The notes under the pieces were generated by a model. It was not told where the DNA came from. It worked only from the letters and a program-made list of their open reading frames with translations, and searched no databases. Position numbers and translations under genes: made by a program. Below are positions 1-10,110 of a stretch of DNA of 64,000 nucleotides, piece after piece (position 1 is the first letter of the stretch; every line of letters begins with the position of its first letter). Source of the DNA: Acidobacteriota bacterium (GTDB taxonomy: Bacteria > Acidobacteriota > Thermoanaerobaculia > Multivoradales > Multivoraceae); the NCBI GenBank assembly GCA_029263415.1, contig JAJCXN010000023.1, forward strand, positions 20,376-84,375. The letters are read 5' to 3'.

Positions 1-1604
1 ATAGACAAGTTGTGGGCCGACCGCAGTTGCGCCGCCAGTTCGTAACCATTCATCTCGGGCATGCGTAGGTCGCTCAGCACTAGGGCGATAGAGCTGGAGT
101 GTTGCTCCGCCAGGCGAAGGGCTTCCTGCGGTCCGCCGGCCGCGAGTACGGTGTAGCCTTGTCCTGTGAGCGAACGAGCGATTAGCTTGAGCAGGGCCGG
201 TTCGTCCTCTACTACCAGGATGGTCTCGTGGCCTCGCGAGTTGGTCGTTTTCGGTTCCAGTACCACCTGTGCCCTGTTGTCGTCCAGGCATCGTGGCAAG
301 AAAATTTCGAACTGAGTCCCTTCGCCTAGGACACTGGACACGTTAATGAAACCGCCATTCTGTTGAACGGCGCCATGGACTGAAGATAAACCAAGGCCGG
401 TGCCTTTGCCGACATCTTTGCTTGTGTAGAACGGCTCGAAAATGCGCTTGAGCAGGTCTTCGCTGATGCCGCAACCGTCGTCGGAAACTGTGAGTTGCGC
501 GTAGTCGCCAGGCGGTGCTCCAGCGGCTGTCTTGGGCGGAATAACGTCCGACCGGTTGGTGCTTGAGATGGCGATCGTGCCTACGCCCCCAATGGCGTCA
601 CGTGCGTTGAGGCAGAGATTGGTGAGGATCTGATCTAACTGCAGCGGGTCCATGGTAACCAGCCACAGTTCCTTGGTCGGCTCCCAGCTAAATCGTATTT
701 GTTCGCCGATCAGGCGGCGCAGCATCATGAGTGAGCGCGCCACGGCCGAGTTTAGGTTGAGTACCTGGGGACTAACCACCTGCCGTCGCGCGAAGCTAAG
801 GAGCTGCTTCATGAAGTCTCCGGACCGCCGGGCGGCAGTCTGGACCTCTGTGAGGTGCTCTTTCATCGACTGCGAAATGGTCTGGTCTTGCAACGCTAGC
901 TCGATGCGCCCGAGGATCACCGAGAGAGTGTTGTTGTAGTCATGGGCGACGCCGCCGGCCAGTCGGCCGACCGACTCAAGTTTCTCGGCCTGCTGCAGTT
1001 GGGCATGGAGCCTGCTGGACTCTTCCTCGGCCTGCTTGCGAGCGGTAATGTCGCCTATCACGATCCGGCGCTCCGGCCGAGAGTGGGTATCCAGCGTCGC
1101 TGTGACAGTTAGTTGTGCCCAGAACGGAGTCTCGTCGCCTCTCCGCATTTGCAATTCGGACGATACGGGAGTGCCATCCGTGACAACCTCATTTCTCAGC
1201 AGGTAGTAGGTGTCTTGATGTTCCTTCATGATGAAGTTGGTCAAAGGCTGGCCCACTATCGCGTCTCGGGTCACCCGCAGCAGGGAGGAGAGGGTGAGAT
1301 TGGCGAGCACGATCAGCCCAGATTCGTCGACGGTGCAGTAGCCGGTCGGGGCCGTGTCATAGAGGTCGATCCAGCGCGCCTGTGAGGCGTCAAGTTCTAG
1401 TTGGGTCTGTCGCAGCTCCTCGTTCTGCAACTCCAGTTCCACTTGATGTACGCGCAGCTCGTGTATTGCCCGCTCGGTGGCTTCGGCTCCCAGCTGCTCG
1501 TTGTTGCCCCCTTGACCCGGACCATCCGTATCTCTGGCAGTCTGCAGATGTGCTTCGGCGCGCAAGCGCAGAGCTCGCGCGTTTGCCGTTTCCCGGTCAG
1601 ACAA
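1..1604 (-). CDS. PAS-domain hybrid sensor histidine kinase/response regulator (3' end runs off the window)
   Basis: Not in the ORF track because it has no stop in the window. Hand translation of the minus strand gives HELRVHQVELELQNEELRQTQLEL (coiled coil), DLYDTAPTGYCTVD (PAS), VGRLAGGVAHDYNNTLSVILG (H-box), FEPFYTSKDVGKGTGLGLS (G-box) and VLSDLRMPEMNGYELA (receiver). A TTG at 1604 is the probable start, just after an in-frame TAG near 1620. Confidence 0.9.
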   Translation of the reverse strand, partial: MSDRETANARALRLRAEAHLQTARDTDGPGQGGNNEQLGAEATERAIHELRVHQVELELQNEELRQTQLELDASQARWIDLYDTAPTGYCTVDESGLIVLANLTLSSLLRVTRDAIVGQPLTNFIMKEHQDTYYLLRNEVVTDGTPVSSELQMRRGDETPFWAQLTVTATLDTHSRPERRIVIGDITARKQAEEESSRLHAQLQQAEKLESVGRLAGGVAHDYNNTLSVILGRIELALQDQTISQSMKEHLTEVQTAARRSGDFMKQLLSFARRQVVSPQVLNLNSAVARSLMMLRRLIGEQIRFSWEPTKELWLVTMDPLQLDQILTNLCLNARDAIGGVGTIAISSTNRSDVIPPKTAAGAPPGDYAQLTVSDDGCGISEDLLKRIFEPFYTSKDVGKGTGLGLSSVHGAVQQNGGFINVSSVLGEGTQFEIFLPRCLDDNRAQVVLEPKTTNSRGHETILVVEDEPALLKLIARSLTGQGYTVLAAGGPQEALRLAEQHSSSIALVLSDLRMPEMNGYELAAQLRSAHNLS

Positions 1605-1793
1605 CTGGCCGTTGCCGCTCTACAGATTGGGGTTGCTGGTGCAAGCGAACCGCAAGGAGGTCAAGCAGGTTTTGGATTAGCTCAACCGTGAGCAACGCCG
1701 GCTGCTTGGGCCACGAGTCAGTGTGGAGGTAGAGAGTTCGCATGATGTTGGAATCACTCATCGGCACGGCTAGTCATAGTCGCTCAGAAGCAC

Positions 1794-4700
1794 CTACTTG
1801 GGAACCGTAGTTCGTTGTTGGTGGTCGGTGATGTCCTGAAGGGCACCATGCAGGCTAACAGACTTGCCACCCTCCCTCACGGCATCGCCTTGGGATCTGA
1901 TCCAAACCAGTGCCCCCTTCGGGGTGATGATGCGTACCACAGTATCCCACGGAGTGCCGTCGCTGATCGCGGTCTCCACGAGATCTCGGTAGGCCGACCG
2001 ATCATCGATATGGACCATTTCCAGTACTTGCTGAAGCGTGGGTTTCTCGTCTGGACCGATTCCGTTGATGAGCAATGCCTCCGGCGAGAAGGTCATCCTC
2101 AAGGTAGCCACATCCAGTTCCCAACCGCCAACCTGAGCCATCTCGCCAGCGCGCCTCAGAAGGTCGTTCTTGCCGGCCAACTCGTCCTGAATTCGGACCA
2201 TCTCGGTGACATCTACGAAGGTGATGACTGCGCCTTCGATCACGTTATCTAAGGTGCGGTAGGGCTGTATTCGCATCTTGTAACTGCGGCCATCGTGCGC
2301 TTGGACGTGCACTTCTTTTGGTATCAGCGTGCTGAGCACTGCCTCAACATCATTTATCAGGTTGGTATAGGCCGCCAAGTTGGAGGCCATGTGCGCCACG
2401 GGCCGTCCGATGTCGCTCGCAATGAGGTTAATGATGTTGCTAGCTGCGGGTGTGAACCGCAGGATGCGTAGTTGGTGATCAACGAACACCGTGCCGATAC
2501 CGGTACCCGCGAGCAAGTTGTTCATGTCGTTGTTGGCCAGCGACAGGTCGGCCACTTTGCTCTGTAGCTCGGCGTTGACGGTGGCCAACTCTTCGTTGAC
2601 AGACTGCAGCTCTTCCTTGGAAGTTTCTAGCTCTTCGTTGGTAGACTGGAGTTCCTCATTGATCGACTGCATTTCCTCATTAGAAGACTTGAGTTCTTCC
2701 GTTGAACTTTCCAATTCCTCGTGAGTGCTCTGGAGATACTCCTCTTTGACACGAAGTTCGGTCTGGAGGCTGGCGATGTGCGCGGCGACATCTGGCGACA
2801 TCGAAAGTTTGGATGTGGCCTTGAGATCAACATGCGCCTGGGCGTCGGCTCCGAGTGCCGCGGGCACTTCTTCTAGGACCACCAAGAAGAGTGGCCTTTC
2901 TCGAGAGGCGTTGGGTCCCGTGGTTACGGGACGCACGGTCACGTTGGTGTTGACGAAGTGACCATTGGTTCTGACGCTCAGGCCGAGGGATGTCGTGGTG
3001 GCCCCCGAGGCGACCGCCTTGTGAAAAGTGGATCTCAGCTCGAGACGCAAACCCTCGCGAGCCATCTTGAGCACATTGTTGATGCCTGCCTCTCCAGGGC
3101 TGGGTTCCAGGTAGGCACCCGTGCGCCCGTGCAGATAAAGGATGTCTCCTTGGGCGTTGACCAGCACGCCGGCAGCGATTACCTGCAAGAGCAGTGATTG
3201 CTCCGTGGTTTCTCGCAGAGATCCCGTCGAAGTGCCCGCAGGGGTGGGCCTGCGGGCACTTGGCAAGGTCGGGCCCATGAAGCCCGCGGGATGTACGCTG
3301 TGGCTGTGGGCTCCTCGGTGCTCCGAGTGCGGTGCGTCCATGCGCCGATAGAGTTTGGCTTTGCGCTTGATTGGCTTGAACAGTTCTTGAAACAGACCGA
3401 TGCCTTCGGAAGTGCCCAAGAACAGGAAACCCCGCGGAGCGAGCGCGTAGTGGAAGAGCGGAATGAGCTTCTTCTGAAGGCTGGTGTTCATGTAGATCAT
3501 TACGTTGCGACAGCTGAGGAGGTCGAGCTTGGAGAACGGTGGATCCCTAATCAGATCCAACTCTGAGAACACCATTAGGTCGCGAATTCCTCTATGGATG
3601 CGATAGGCGTTGCCGTCGGGCTCCGCAACGAAAAAGCGGGCCAAGCGTTCTGCCGACATGTCCGTCGCGATACTGGCGGGGTAAACACCTTTGCGAGCGT
3701 GGGCAATGGCCTTGGTGCTGATATCGGTGGCGAACACTTGAACCGGGAAACTGATCTTGAGTGCGGCCATACGCTCTGCAATCAAGATGGCTATCGAGTA
3801 GGCCTCCTCGCCGGTTGAGCAACCCGCACACCAGACGCGGATTGGGTGACCCGCCGGTTTGGTGTTCAAGAGAGCCGGCAGGACTTGTTTCTCTAACACC
3901 TCGAAAGCCGCCGGATCGCGGAAGAAGCTGGTGACACCGATTAGAAGATCTTGACAGAGCGCATCTAGCTCGGTGCCGTTCTCCTGGAGATACCTGACGT
4001 AGCCGTCGATTGTCTCGAGCTGATGAACTGCCATCCGTCGGTCGACGCGACGGCGGGCGGTGCTTGGCTTGTATTGAGAGAAGTCATGGCCGGTGTGTGC
4101 CCGCAGTAAGACGAAAATCTTTTTCATTGCGGCTTCGACCGCGGCTGCTGGGAGGAGAGTAGTAGTGGACGCGCGCCCGAAAGCGTGCGCTGTGTACAAG
4201 AGAAGCTGACTGGGCATCTTGTGAGGAGGCAGCTGATAGTCCACCAGGCCGGTGGCTATGGCGTTGCGTGGCATACCGTCGAACTCGGTTGATTCGGGAG
4301 TTTGCGCCATGACCATGCCGCCCTCGCCCTTGATAGCGCGGACACCCAATGTGCCATCACTGCCGGTACCCGACAACACGATGCCGATGGCCCTCTCTTG
4401 TTGATCGAGAGCTAGGGAACGGAAGAAGAAATCGATCGGCAAGCGCTTGCCGCGTGGTTGGGCCGGTTCGAAGAGCTGCAGCGTACCTTCGAGAAACGCC
4501 ATGTCGCGGCCAGGCGGGATGATGTAAGCGCAGTTCGTCTGCACGGTCATGCCGTCCTCGACCTCGAAAACCTGCATCCGGGTGTACCGCTGTACTAGCT
4601 CTGTCAGGATGCTCTTGTGATCAGGAGCCAGGTGTTGCACAAGGATAAATGCCATTCCCGGATTGGAATCGGCCGGCATTCCAGAAAAGAAAGCTTCGAA

Positions 4701-4883
4701 CGCTGCCAAGCCACCTGCAGAAGCGCCGATGCCGACGATCGGGAACTTCGCTTCAATCGAGGTAGCGAGTTTCTGCCCAGCGCTGGGTGCCGCGAGGTCC
4801 TCGGGTGGCGGATCTTTGTGCTTGTTAGTCAAACGACTGGCCCGGTTCTTGGCTGGCTCGGCATCGTGACGCCGATGGCTCAA
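1794..4883 (-). CDS. CheB methylesterase-CheR methyltransferase-coiled coil-PAS fusion protein
   Basis: CheB triad motifs GIGASAGG, VQHL and GSDG; CheR motifs CAGCSTGEEAYS and CRNVMIY; EELQSxNEEL heptads; C-terminal PAS/PAC domains (1029 aa). Confidence 0.93.
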   Translation of the reverse strand: MSHRRHDAEPAKNRASRLTNKHKDPPPEDLAAPSAGQKLATSIEAKFPIVGIGASAGGLAAFEAFFSGMPADSNPGMAFILVQHLAPDHKSILTELVQRYTRMQVFEVEDGMTVQTNCAYIIPPGRDMAFLEGTLQLFEPAQPRGKRLPIDFFFRSLALDQQERAIGIVLSGTGSDGTLGVRAIKGEGGMVMAQTPESTEFDGMPRNAIATGLVDYQLPPHKMPSQLLLYTAHAFGRASTTTLLPAAAVEAAMKKIFVLLRAHTGHDFSQYKPSTARRRVDRRMAVHQLETIDGYVRYLQENGTELDALCQDLLIGVTSFFRDPAAFEVLEKQVLPALLNTKPAGHPIRVWCAGCSTGEEAYSIAILIAERMAALKISFPVQVFATDISTKAIAHARKGVYPASIATDMSAERLARFFVAEPDGNAYRIHRGIRDLMVFSELDLIRDPPFSKLDLLSCRNVMIYMNTSLQKKLIPLFHYALAPRGFLFLGTSEGIGLFQELFKPIKRKAKLYRRMDAPHSEHRGAHSHSVHPAGFMGPTLPSARRPTPAGTSTGSLRETTEQSLLLQVIAAGVLVNAQGDILYLHGRTGAYLEPSPGEAGINNVLKMAREGLRLELRSTFHKAVASGATTTSLGLSVRTNGHFVNTNVTVRPVTTGPNASRERPLFLVVLEEVPAALGADAQAHVDLKATSKLSMSPDVAAHIASLQTELRVKEEYLQSTHEELESSTEELKSSNEEMQSINEELQSTNEELETSKEELQSVNEELATVNAELQSKVADLSLANNDMNNLLAGTGIGTVFVDHQLRILRFTPAASNIINLIASDIGRPVAHMASNLAAYTNLINDVEAVLSTLIPKEVHVQAHDGRSYKMRIQPYRTLDNVIEGAVITFVDVTEMVRIQDELAGKNDLLRRAGEMAQVGGWELDVATLRMTFSPEALLINGIGPDEKPTLQQVLEMVHIDDRSAYRDLVETAISDGTPWDTVVRIITPKGALVWIRSQGDAVREGGKSVSLHGALQDITDHQQRTTVPK

Positions 4884-5149
4884 TAATGCTAAGCGGGTTG
4901 TCCTGAGAGGAGACAGCCTATAGCAGATGTGGGGGTTTAGGTAAAGGTCTCACGCATTCTTGGGAGTGCGCCCGGCTAGCCCAATCTTCGGTGGTCTTGA
5001 GCGGCTCGTCCTTTGGCTTGCTCCCGCTATTGACGCTCGTCAGCCCGCTTCTGACAGCGAAGAACTCGCTCGAGCATCGATCTCATTCGCTTCGTTGGCC
5101 ATCAACGGCATCCACGGCATCCAGTTCAACATCGTCTCAAGATGAGGAT

Positions 5150-6697
5150 CTAGTTCCAGCTCTGAGTATCTCCAGACTCAAATCCATCAGCGAAGATCGG
5201 CACTTGCCCGTAGAACACGTACACAGCGCCGGTATCGACCCGGATGCTGGTGTCCTCAAACGGCGTCCCCACCACGAGATCATCCGCACCATCACCATTG
5301 AAGTCGCCGGTCGCCAATTCTTCTCCAAACCGGTCGAAGTCTTCAGCTGGAGCCAAGGCAAGAGACTGAGTCCAGAACCTGGTGTTAAAAACTGCCAATC
5401 CCTGTGGACTCGACCTGAAAACAAGGACCGCACCTTCATCCTGGGTCGCTGCGCTGCCCCCCTCGGGAAGGTCCTCCAAGGGGCCACCCATGGCGAAGTC
5501 ATCGTTGCCGTCGCCGTCAAAATCACCGGCAACCACGGCCGAGCCATAGCCATCACCGATTTCGGATTGCGCTTGTAACGAAGCATCCTGCGTCCAGATT
5601 TCAGCTTCTAAGTTGTCGAGGCCGGTCGGCTGCCCAAGGTAGATGCTCGCCCCTCCGCCACTCGCACTCCCGGCCGCAAACCCTGGATGCCCCACTATCA
5701 GTTCGTCCAAACCATCGCCGTCAAGATCGCCGGAGGCAAGGTCGGCGCCAAAATCGGTCCCGATCAAAGTCGTGACGAACCGGTCAATACCCATCAAGGA
5801 AAGACCCACGATCCCGGAGCTGTAGAAGACGAAGACGACGGGCGATGCTCCTTTAGACCCCATCGCAAGATCGTCACCATAAAGTCCGTCGAAGTCCCCT
5901 GCTACAAGCGACGATCCCAGTTCCACCGTGGGTGCACCGAATGGCGTGTCCGAATAGTTCAGTTGCATGGCGCCGGCGCTGCTAAGACCCGAGTTCAGCA
6001 CTCCATAGATGACCGAAACGGCTCCCTCCTCGCTGGTGGTCTCGGACTCACCCGGAGCCCCCACTGCGAGATCGGAGATTCCGTCGCCATTGAAGTCTCC
6101 CGTAGCCAGCGACTCGCCGAATCGGTCATCGCTCTCGCCATCCTCCATACCAACGTCCTCTTGCGACCAAATCCTGTGCTGAACTACGTCGAGCCCTGAA
6201 GAATCTCCATGAATGACAAGGACAAAGCCATCATCGACTTCGCCCGACAGGCGGTCCTTTCCAGGCACACCGATGGCCAGATCGTCATTGCCGTCTAGGT
6301 CAAAGTCGCCTGCACCGAGCGCGGCACCAAACCGATCACCCGCACTATTCAAGAATCCGAGGCCAAACGACTCTTGATCCAGAAAAAGCGACGATGCCGC
6401 ATCAAGCCCAGAAGCGGAGCCATACAACACGTGCACTTCGCCCGCAGCTTGCGACCCGGCGCCCATAGCACCCACCGCAACATCTTCGAACCCATCGCCG
6501 TTGAAATCGCCGACTGCGAGAGCCTCGCCGAACACGGCGTTGTGCTCGTTCGATTCGCCAGGGAGATCCCCCATAAAGATCGCGTCAGCGCCCGCGGCGG
6601 TGAGTTGCGCATTCGCCATGGGTACAGTGCCGAGTAGGACCAGCAACGTGAAAAGAACGGAGCGGTTGCAAGCTGAAGTCTTGGGGCGGGTCGTCAT
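5150..6697 (-). CDS. Secreted FG-GAP repeat (integrin-alpha-like beta-propeller) protein with C-terminal IFADGFESGD motif
   Basis: Signal peptide ending ANA|Q; repeated FGxxLAxGDFNGDGxDDLAVGAP Ca-binding repeats; ends VPIFADGFESGDTQSWN. Confidence 0.9.
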   Translation of the reverse strand: MTTRPKTSACNRSVLFTLLVLLGTVPMANAQLTAAGADAIFMGDLPGESNEHNAVFGEALAVGDFNGDGFEDVAVGAMGAGSQAAGEVHVLYGSASGLDAASSLFLDQESFGLGFLNSAGDRFGAALGAGDFDLDGNDDLAIGVPGKDRLSGEVDDGFVLVIHGDSSGLDVVQHRIWSQEDVGMEDGESDDRFGESLATGDFNGDGISDLAVGAPGESETTSEEGAVSVIYGVLNSGLSSAGAMQLNYSDTPFGAPTVELGSSLVAGDFDGLYGDDLAMGSKGASPVVFVFYSSGIVGLSLMGIDRFVTTLIGTDFGADLASGDLDGDGLDELIVGHPGFAAGSASGGGASIYLGQPTGLDNLEAEIWTQDASLQAQSEIGDGYGSAVVAGDFDGDGNDDFAMGGPLEDLPEGGSAATQDEGAVLVFRSSPQGLAVFNTRFWTQSLALAPAEDFDRFGEELATGDFNGDGADDLVVGTPFEDTSIRVDTGAVYVFYGQVPIFADGFESGDTQSWN

Positions 6698-6705
6698 GAA
6701 CGGAA

Positions 6706-6749
6706 TCCTCTCTAGTTGTGAGCTTTGAACCAGCGGTTCAACAAGAGGA
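6706..6749 (-). promoter_or_regulatory. Inverted repeat / possible RBS-occluding hairpin upstream of the FG-GAP gene
   Basis: Perfect TTGAACC-agc-GGTTCAA at 6725-6741. Flanking TCCTCT/AGAGGA pairing would cover the AGAGGA Shine-Dalgarno before the ATG at 6697. Confidence 0.35.
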
Positions 6750-7173
6750 ACGGAAAGACTCCCCCGGCAACCTCAAGACTGAGGACTTTTCAACGAGCGA
6801 AAATCGAAGCGAAGTCCGAACGGCAGAACAACGCGTAGCGGCAACCAGGACTACGTCTGCCCTGCGACTCCCATGAGAGGGGCCACTGCCCTTGAAGGGG
6901 GCTCAACCAGGAGCAACCTTGGGCATCTTCGGCACCTAGACGAACTGAACGAATAGTTGCCGTTAGTGACCCACAAAACCTACGAAGGACCGAGCCCAGC
7001 ACGGGGAATAGCCTTCCGTCCTCTCGCGGTCCGAGTGCTTAGCGGAGCGGTCGACCAGTAGGAGCGAGAGGTGTCATAGGCTTGTGCTGGTGTTCCTGTG
7101 GATTCGCGACACCAAGCAGCGCACAATAGACACTTCGGCATTGATCGCAACGCACCTACCTAGAGAGAATCGC

Positions 7174-8832
7174 ATGTTCCCCCGTTTCTTCCGACGCACG
7201 CCTTTCAACCCAACGTCACGCGACGCGCGCATCACCCTGCTAACCGCAATCGCGGCATGCATCGCACTCCACGCAGCACCGACCGGCGCTCAAAATGCAA
7301 CCGAACCATCGACCGCATCGACCGCCGCCGTCACAGCTCCCGCCGAGCTGGCTTCGCCCCGCGCCACCATGCGCACCTTCCTCGAGTCTCTCGCGGAAGG
7401 GGACCTCGACACGGCGGCCTCTACCCTTGACCTGACCTCGACCGGCCTGAGCGAACGCTTGCGCCGACTACGTGGTCCGGAGTTGGCAGTACGGCTGAAG
7501 AATGCCGTCGACCGCGTGAGGCTGGTCGATTACAACGACATCCCCGACACCACCGAAGGCGAACCGTATGTCTTCTGGAGCGGGCGCACAGGGGTGATCG
7601 AGATCGCTCAAGGAGACGAGGGTGCTTGGCGCTTCTCCCCACGCACGATCGAAAAGCTCAACGAGTCTCTCGATGAACTCGCCGATCACGACATGGTGGA
7701 AGGTGTGGTTGAGGCTCCGCAGACGCGGTCGGAGTGGCTCCGTGCGCGGATGCCCGAGGCGCTGCTCGGCCCGGGCTTCATCCTCGAACACTGGCAGTGG
7801 ATGGTCCTGGGGGCGTTGGTGGTACTTGGTGTCGGGATCGACCTCGTGGCTCGCTGGCTTCTGTTCGCAGTCGTCTCTCGACGCCTCCGCCGCTCGATAT
7901 CGGTCGACACTGCGCGAATCAACCGTGCCCTGCGCCCTTTCGGCCTCCTTGCCATGGCGATGCTCTGGTGGTTTGCGCTGGGTTGGCTAGGCCTCCCGGA
8001 TCGCCCACTCGCGGTGCTCGGCACGGCGGTCGAGATCGTCGCGGTGGCGGGAGCAATCTGGGGCCTCTACCGGCTGATCGACCTCGTCGTGGCCTTCCTC
8101 GAAGCCCGAGCAGAAGCCAGTCCCTCCAAACTGGACGACATGCTCGTGCCACTGTTCGAGCGCTCCGCCAAGATCTTCGTTTTGGTCTTCGGCCTGATCT
8201 TCCTTGCCGATAGCCTGCGCGTTCCGATCACCTCGCTGCTGGCGGGAGTCGGTATCGGCGGCATTGCACTCGCCCTTGCCGCGCAGGACCTCGTCAAGAA
8301 TCTGTTCGGATCGCTCACCGTGCTGCTCGATCGACCGTTCGAGATTGACGACTACATCGCGGTCTCCGGCGTCGAAGGCACGGTTGAAGAAGTCGCCTTC
8401 CGCTCGACGCGCATTCGCACGCCGGCCGACACCGTGGTCACCTTGCCCAACGCTAACCTGATTTCTGCCTCGGTGGAGAACTTCGGTCGCCGTCGGTTCC
8501 GCCGCTGGCGCAGCCACATCGGCCTCGCCTATGACACCCCAACTCTTGTCATCTCGACGTTCTGCGAGCGGTTGCGCACAATCATCCTTGAGCGAGAAGA
8601 CACCCGCAAAGAGGGCTTCTTCGCTGAGCTCAACAACCTTGGCGCAAGCTCCCTAGAGGTGCTGTTTCAGGTCTACTTCGAAGTCCCGGGCCAAGCCGAC
8701 GAACTCCGTGGGCGCCACCAACTCGCGGTGGCGATTCTCGATCTGGCGGAGGAGTTAGGCATCGAGATCGCGTTCCCCACCCAGACGATTCATGTGCAGA
8801 CGAAGGACGGTTCATCAGCCGCTGGAGAATAA
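7174..8832 (+). CDS. MscS-family mechanosensitive channel with N-terminal periplasmic domain
   Basis: Signal peptide; SPRATMRTFL periplasmic domain; TM helices; GVGIGGIALALAAQDLVKNLFGSL, DRPFEIDDYI and GTVEEVAFRSTRIRT MscS core; GIEIAFPTQT end. ATG 7174 preferred over the ORF start at 7084. Confidence 0.92.
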   Translation: MFPRFFRRTPFNPTSRDARITLLTAIAACIALHAAPTGAQNATEPSTASTAAVTAPAELASPRATMRTFLESLAEGDLDTAASTLDLTSTGLSERLRRLRGPELAVRLKNAVDRVRLVDYNDIPDTTEGEPYVFWSGRTGVIEIAQGDEGAWRFSPRTIEKLNESLDELADHDMVEGVVEAPQTRSEWLRARMPEALLGPGFILEHWQWMVLGALVVLGVGIDLVARWLLFAVVSRRLRRSISVDTARINRALRPFGLLAMAMLWWFALGWLGLPDRPLAVLGTAVEIVAVAGAIWGLYRLIDLVVAFLEARAEASPSKLDDMLVPLFERSAKIFVLVFGLIFLADSLRVPITSLLAGVGIGGIALALAAQDLVKNLFGSLTVLLDRPFEIDDYIAVSGVEGTVEEVAFRSTRIRTPADTVVTLPNANLISASVENFGRRRFRRWRSHIGLAYDTPTLVISTFCERLRTIILEREDTRKEGFFAELNNLGASSLEVLFQVYFEVPGQADELRGRHQLAVAILDLAEELGIEIAFPTQTIHVQTKDGSSAAGE

Positions 8833-9254
8833 AGATCTCAAAGGCATGTCTTGGATGACTCGGATGACTCCTTTTGAGGAGCCTGACAGCGTGGGAGTTT
8901 GGTTGCAGTAGAAACCTGACCTTTTCAGAGTCTTCGAGCACGAGGCCTGGAGACAAGAGTGCCGGTGACTTCGGAGAGTAGCGGGTCAATGCGCGTCGCT
9001 TTCAGACCTGCTTAGGGCGCGCTGAATCGTGGGTGGCGCGTGGTTGTGATCCCGGCGTGCTGCTCTGCCTTTGGGCCTAGGCAGCGGCACGTGTAGCGCA
9101 GTGCGGAAGTTCTCCTTGCACCACGTCTCGAGAGATTCTTGGACCCTTTGCTTCGAGAAGCACTGCTCGCGCTAGCGAAGCGCCTTTTTTGCACTACGAT
9201 GTCTGGCACCGTACCTTCACACCACCCAACGTAGTACCAACCAGGACCTGAGCC

Positions 9255-10037
9255 ATGAGCCACCTCCTTACTCCGCGCGTCGGCGGAATCCTCAGCGCCG
9301 ACATTGCCGTTCCCGAGCACGAACATGAGGTGCGTTTCTACTCACGCATACTCACCACCGGCGAGAACCCACTTTGGCGCGAGGACCTGATGAACAACTT
9401 GGGCATGCCGATCATTGGCTTGGGCGCCCGCACCGAGGATCTTGCCGACCTTCCGCTCCAATGGATGCCGCACATTCAGGTCGCTGACGTCGCAGCCTGT
9501 GCGAAGCGTGCGCTCGACTTGGGCGGGAGCGAGCTTATGCACGGCAAAGACGACGATGGCAATAGTCAATGGGCGGTGCTACTTGATCCGAATGGAGCCG
9601 CATTCGGGATCATCCCCGTGGTTCCTGCTGAGGCTGTTGCCTCAGCTGAAGCCGCGGCCGATCGTATGGGTGTCATCTCTGGGGTCGACCTCACAGTCTC
9701 CGCCGCCTCGGCCACCCGTGACTTCTATGAGCAGGTCGTCGGTTGGTCGGTGCAGGACGCCGAGATGGAGGATGGGAGCGAGCGTTACGCTGACTACACA
9801 ATGCTCGGCGGTGACGGAGTCCCAGCGGCGAGAATCCGCCATGCCCGCGGCGCAAATCTCGGTCTGCCGCCGACGTGGATGATCTGCCTCCCGGTTGCCG
9901 ACCTCGCCGAAAGTGTCCGGCGAGTGGAACAGGAAGGAGGAAAGATCATCAAAGCGACACGGAGGAAAGACGGGGAGTATGCCCGTGTGGTGATTCAGGA
10001 TCTGGTGGGGGTGAGCCTGGTGTTGGTTACGGGATAG
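9255..10037 (+). CDS. VOC/glyoxalase family protein (tandem domains)
   Basis: Two glyoxalase-like repeats (WMPHIQVADV...LLDPNGAAFGI; RDFYEQVVGW...WMICLPVADLAESV). Confidence 0.82.
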   Translation: MSHLLTPRVGGILSADIAVPEHEHEVRFYSRILTTGENPLWREDLMNNLGMPIIGLGARTEDLADLPLQWMPHIQVADVAACAKRALDLGGSELMHGKDDDGNSQWAVLLDPNGAAFGIIPVVPAEAVASAEAAADRMGVISGVDLTVSAASATRDFYEQVVGWSVQDAEMEDGSERYADYTMLGGDGVPAARIRHARGANLGLPPTWMICLPVADLAESVRRVEQEGGKIIKATRRKDGEYARVVIQDLVGVSLVLVTG

Positions 10038-10110
10038 GAGGAAAGGGCAGAGCGGCCCAGCACCCAATAGCGGGAGTTGGAATAGAAGTCGACGCCTCTT
10101 CCGGCCGTAA

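Noticed and set aside
1597-1761. 54-aa minus-strand ORF between the CheBR and kinase genes, or a frameshifted kinase N-terminus
   Set aside because: No recognisable motif, and the kinase has a plausible TTG start of its own at 1604.
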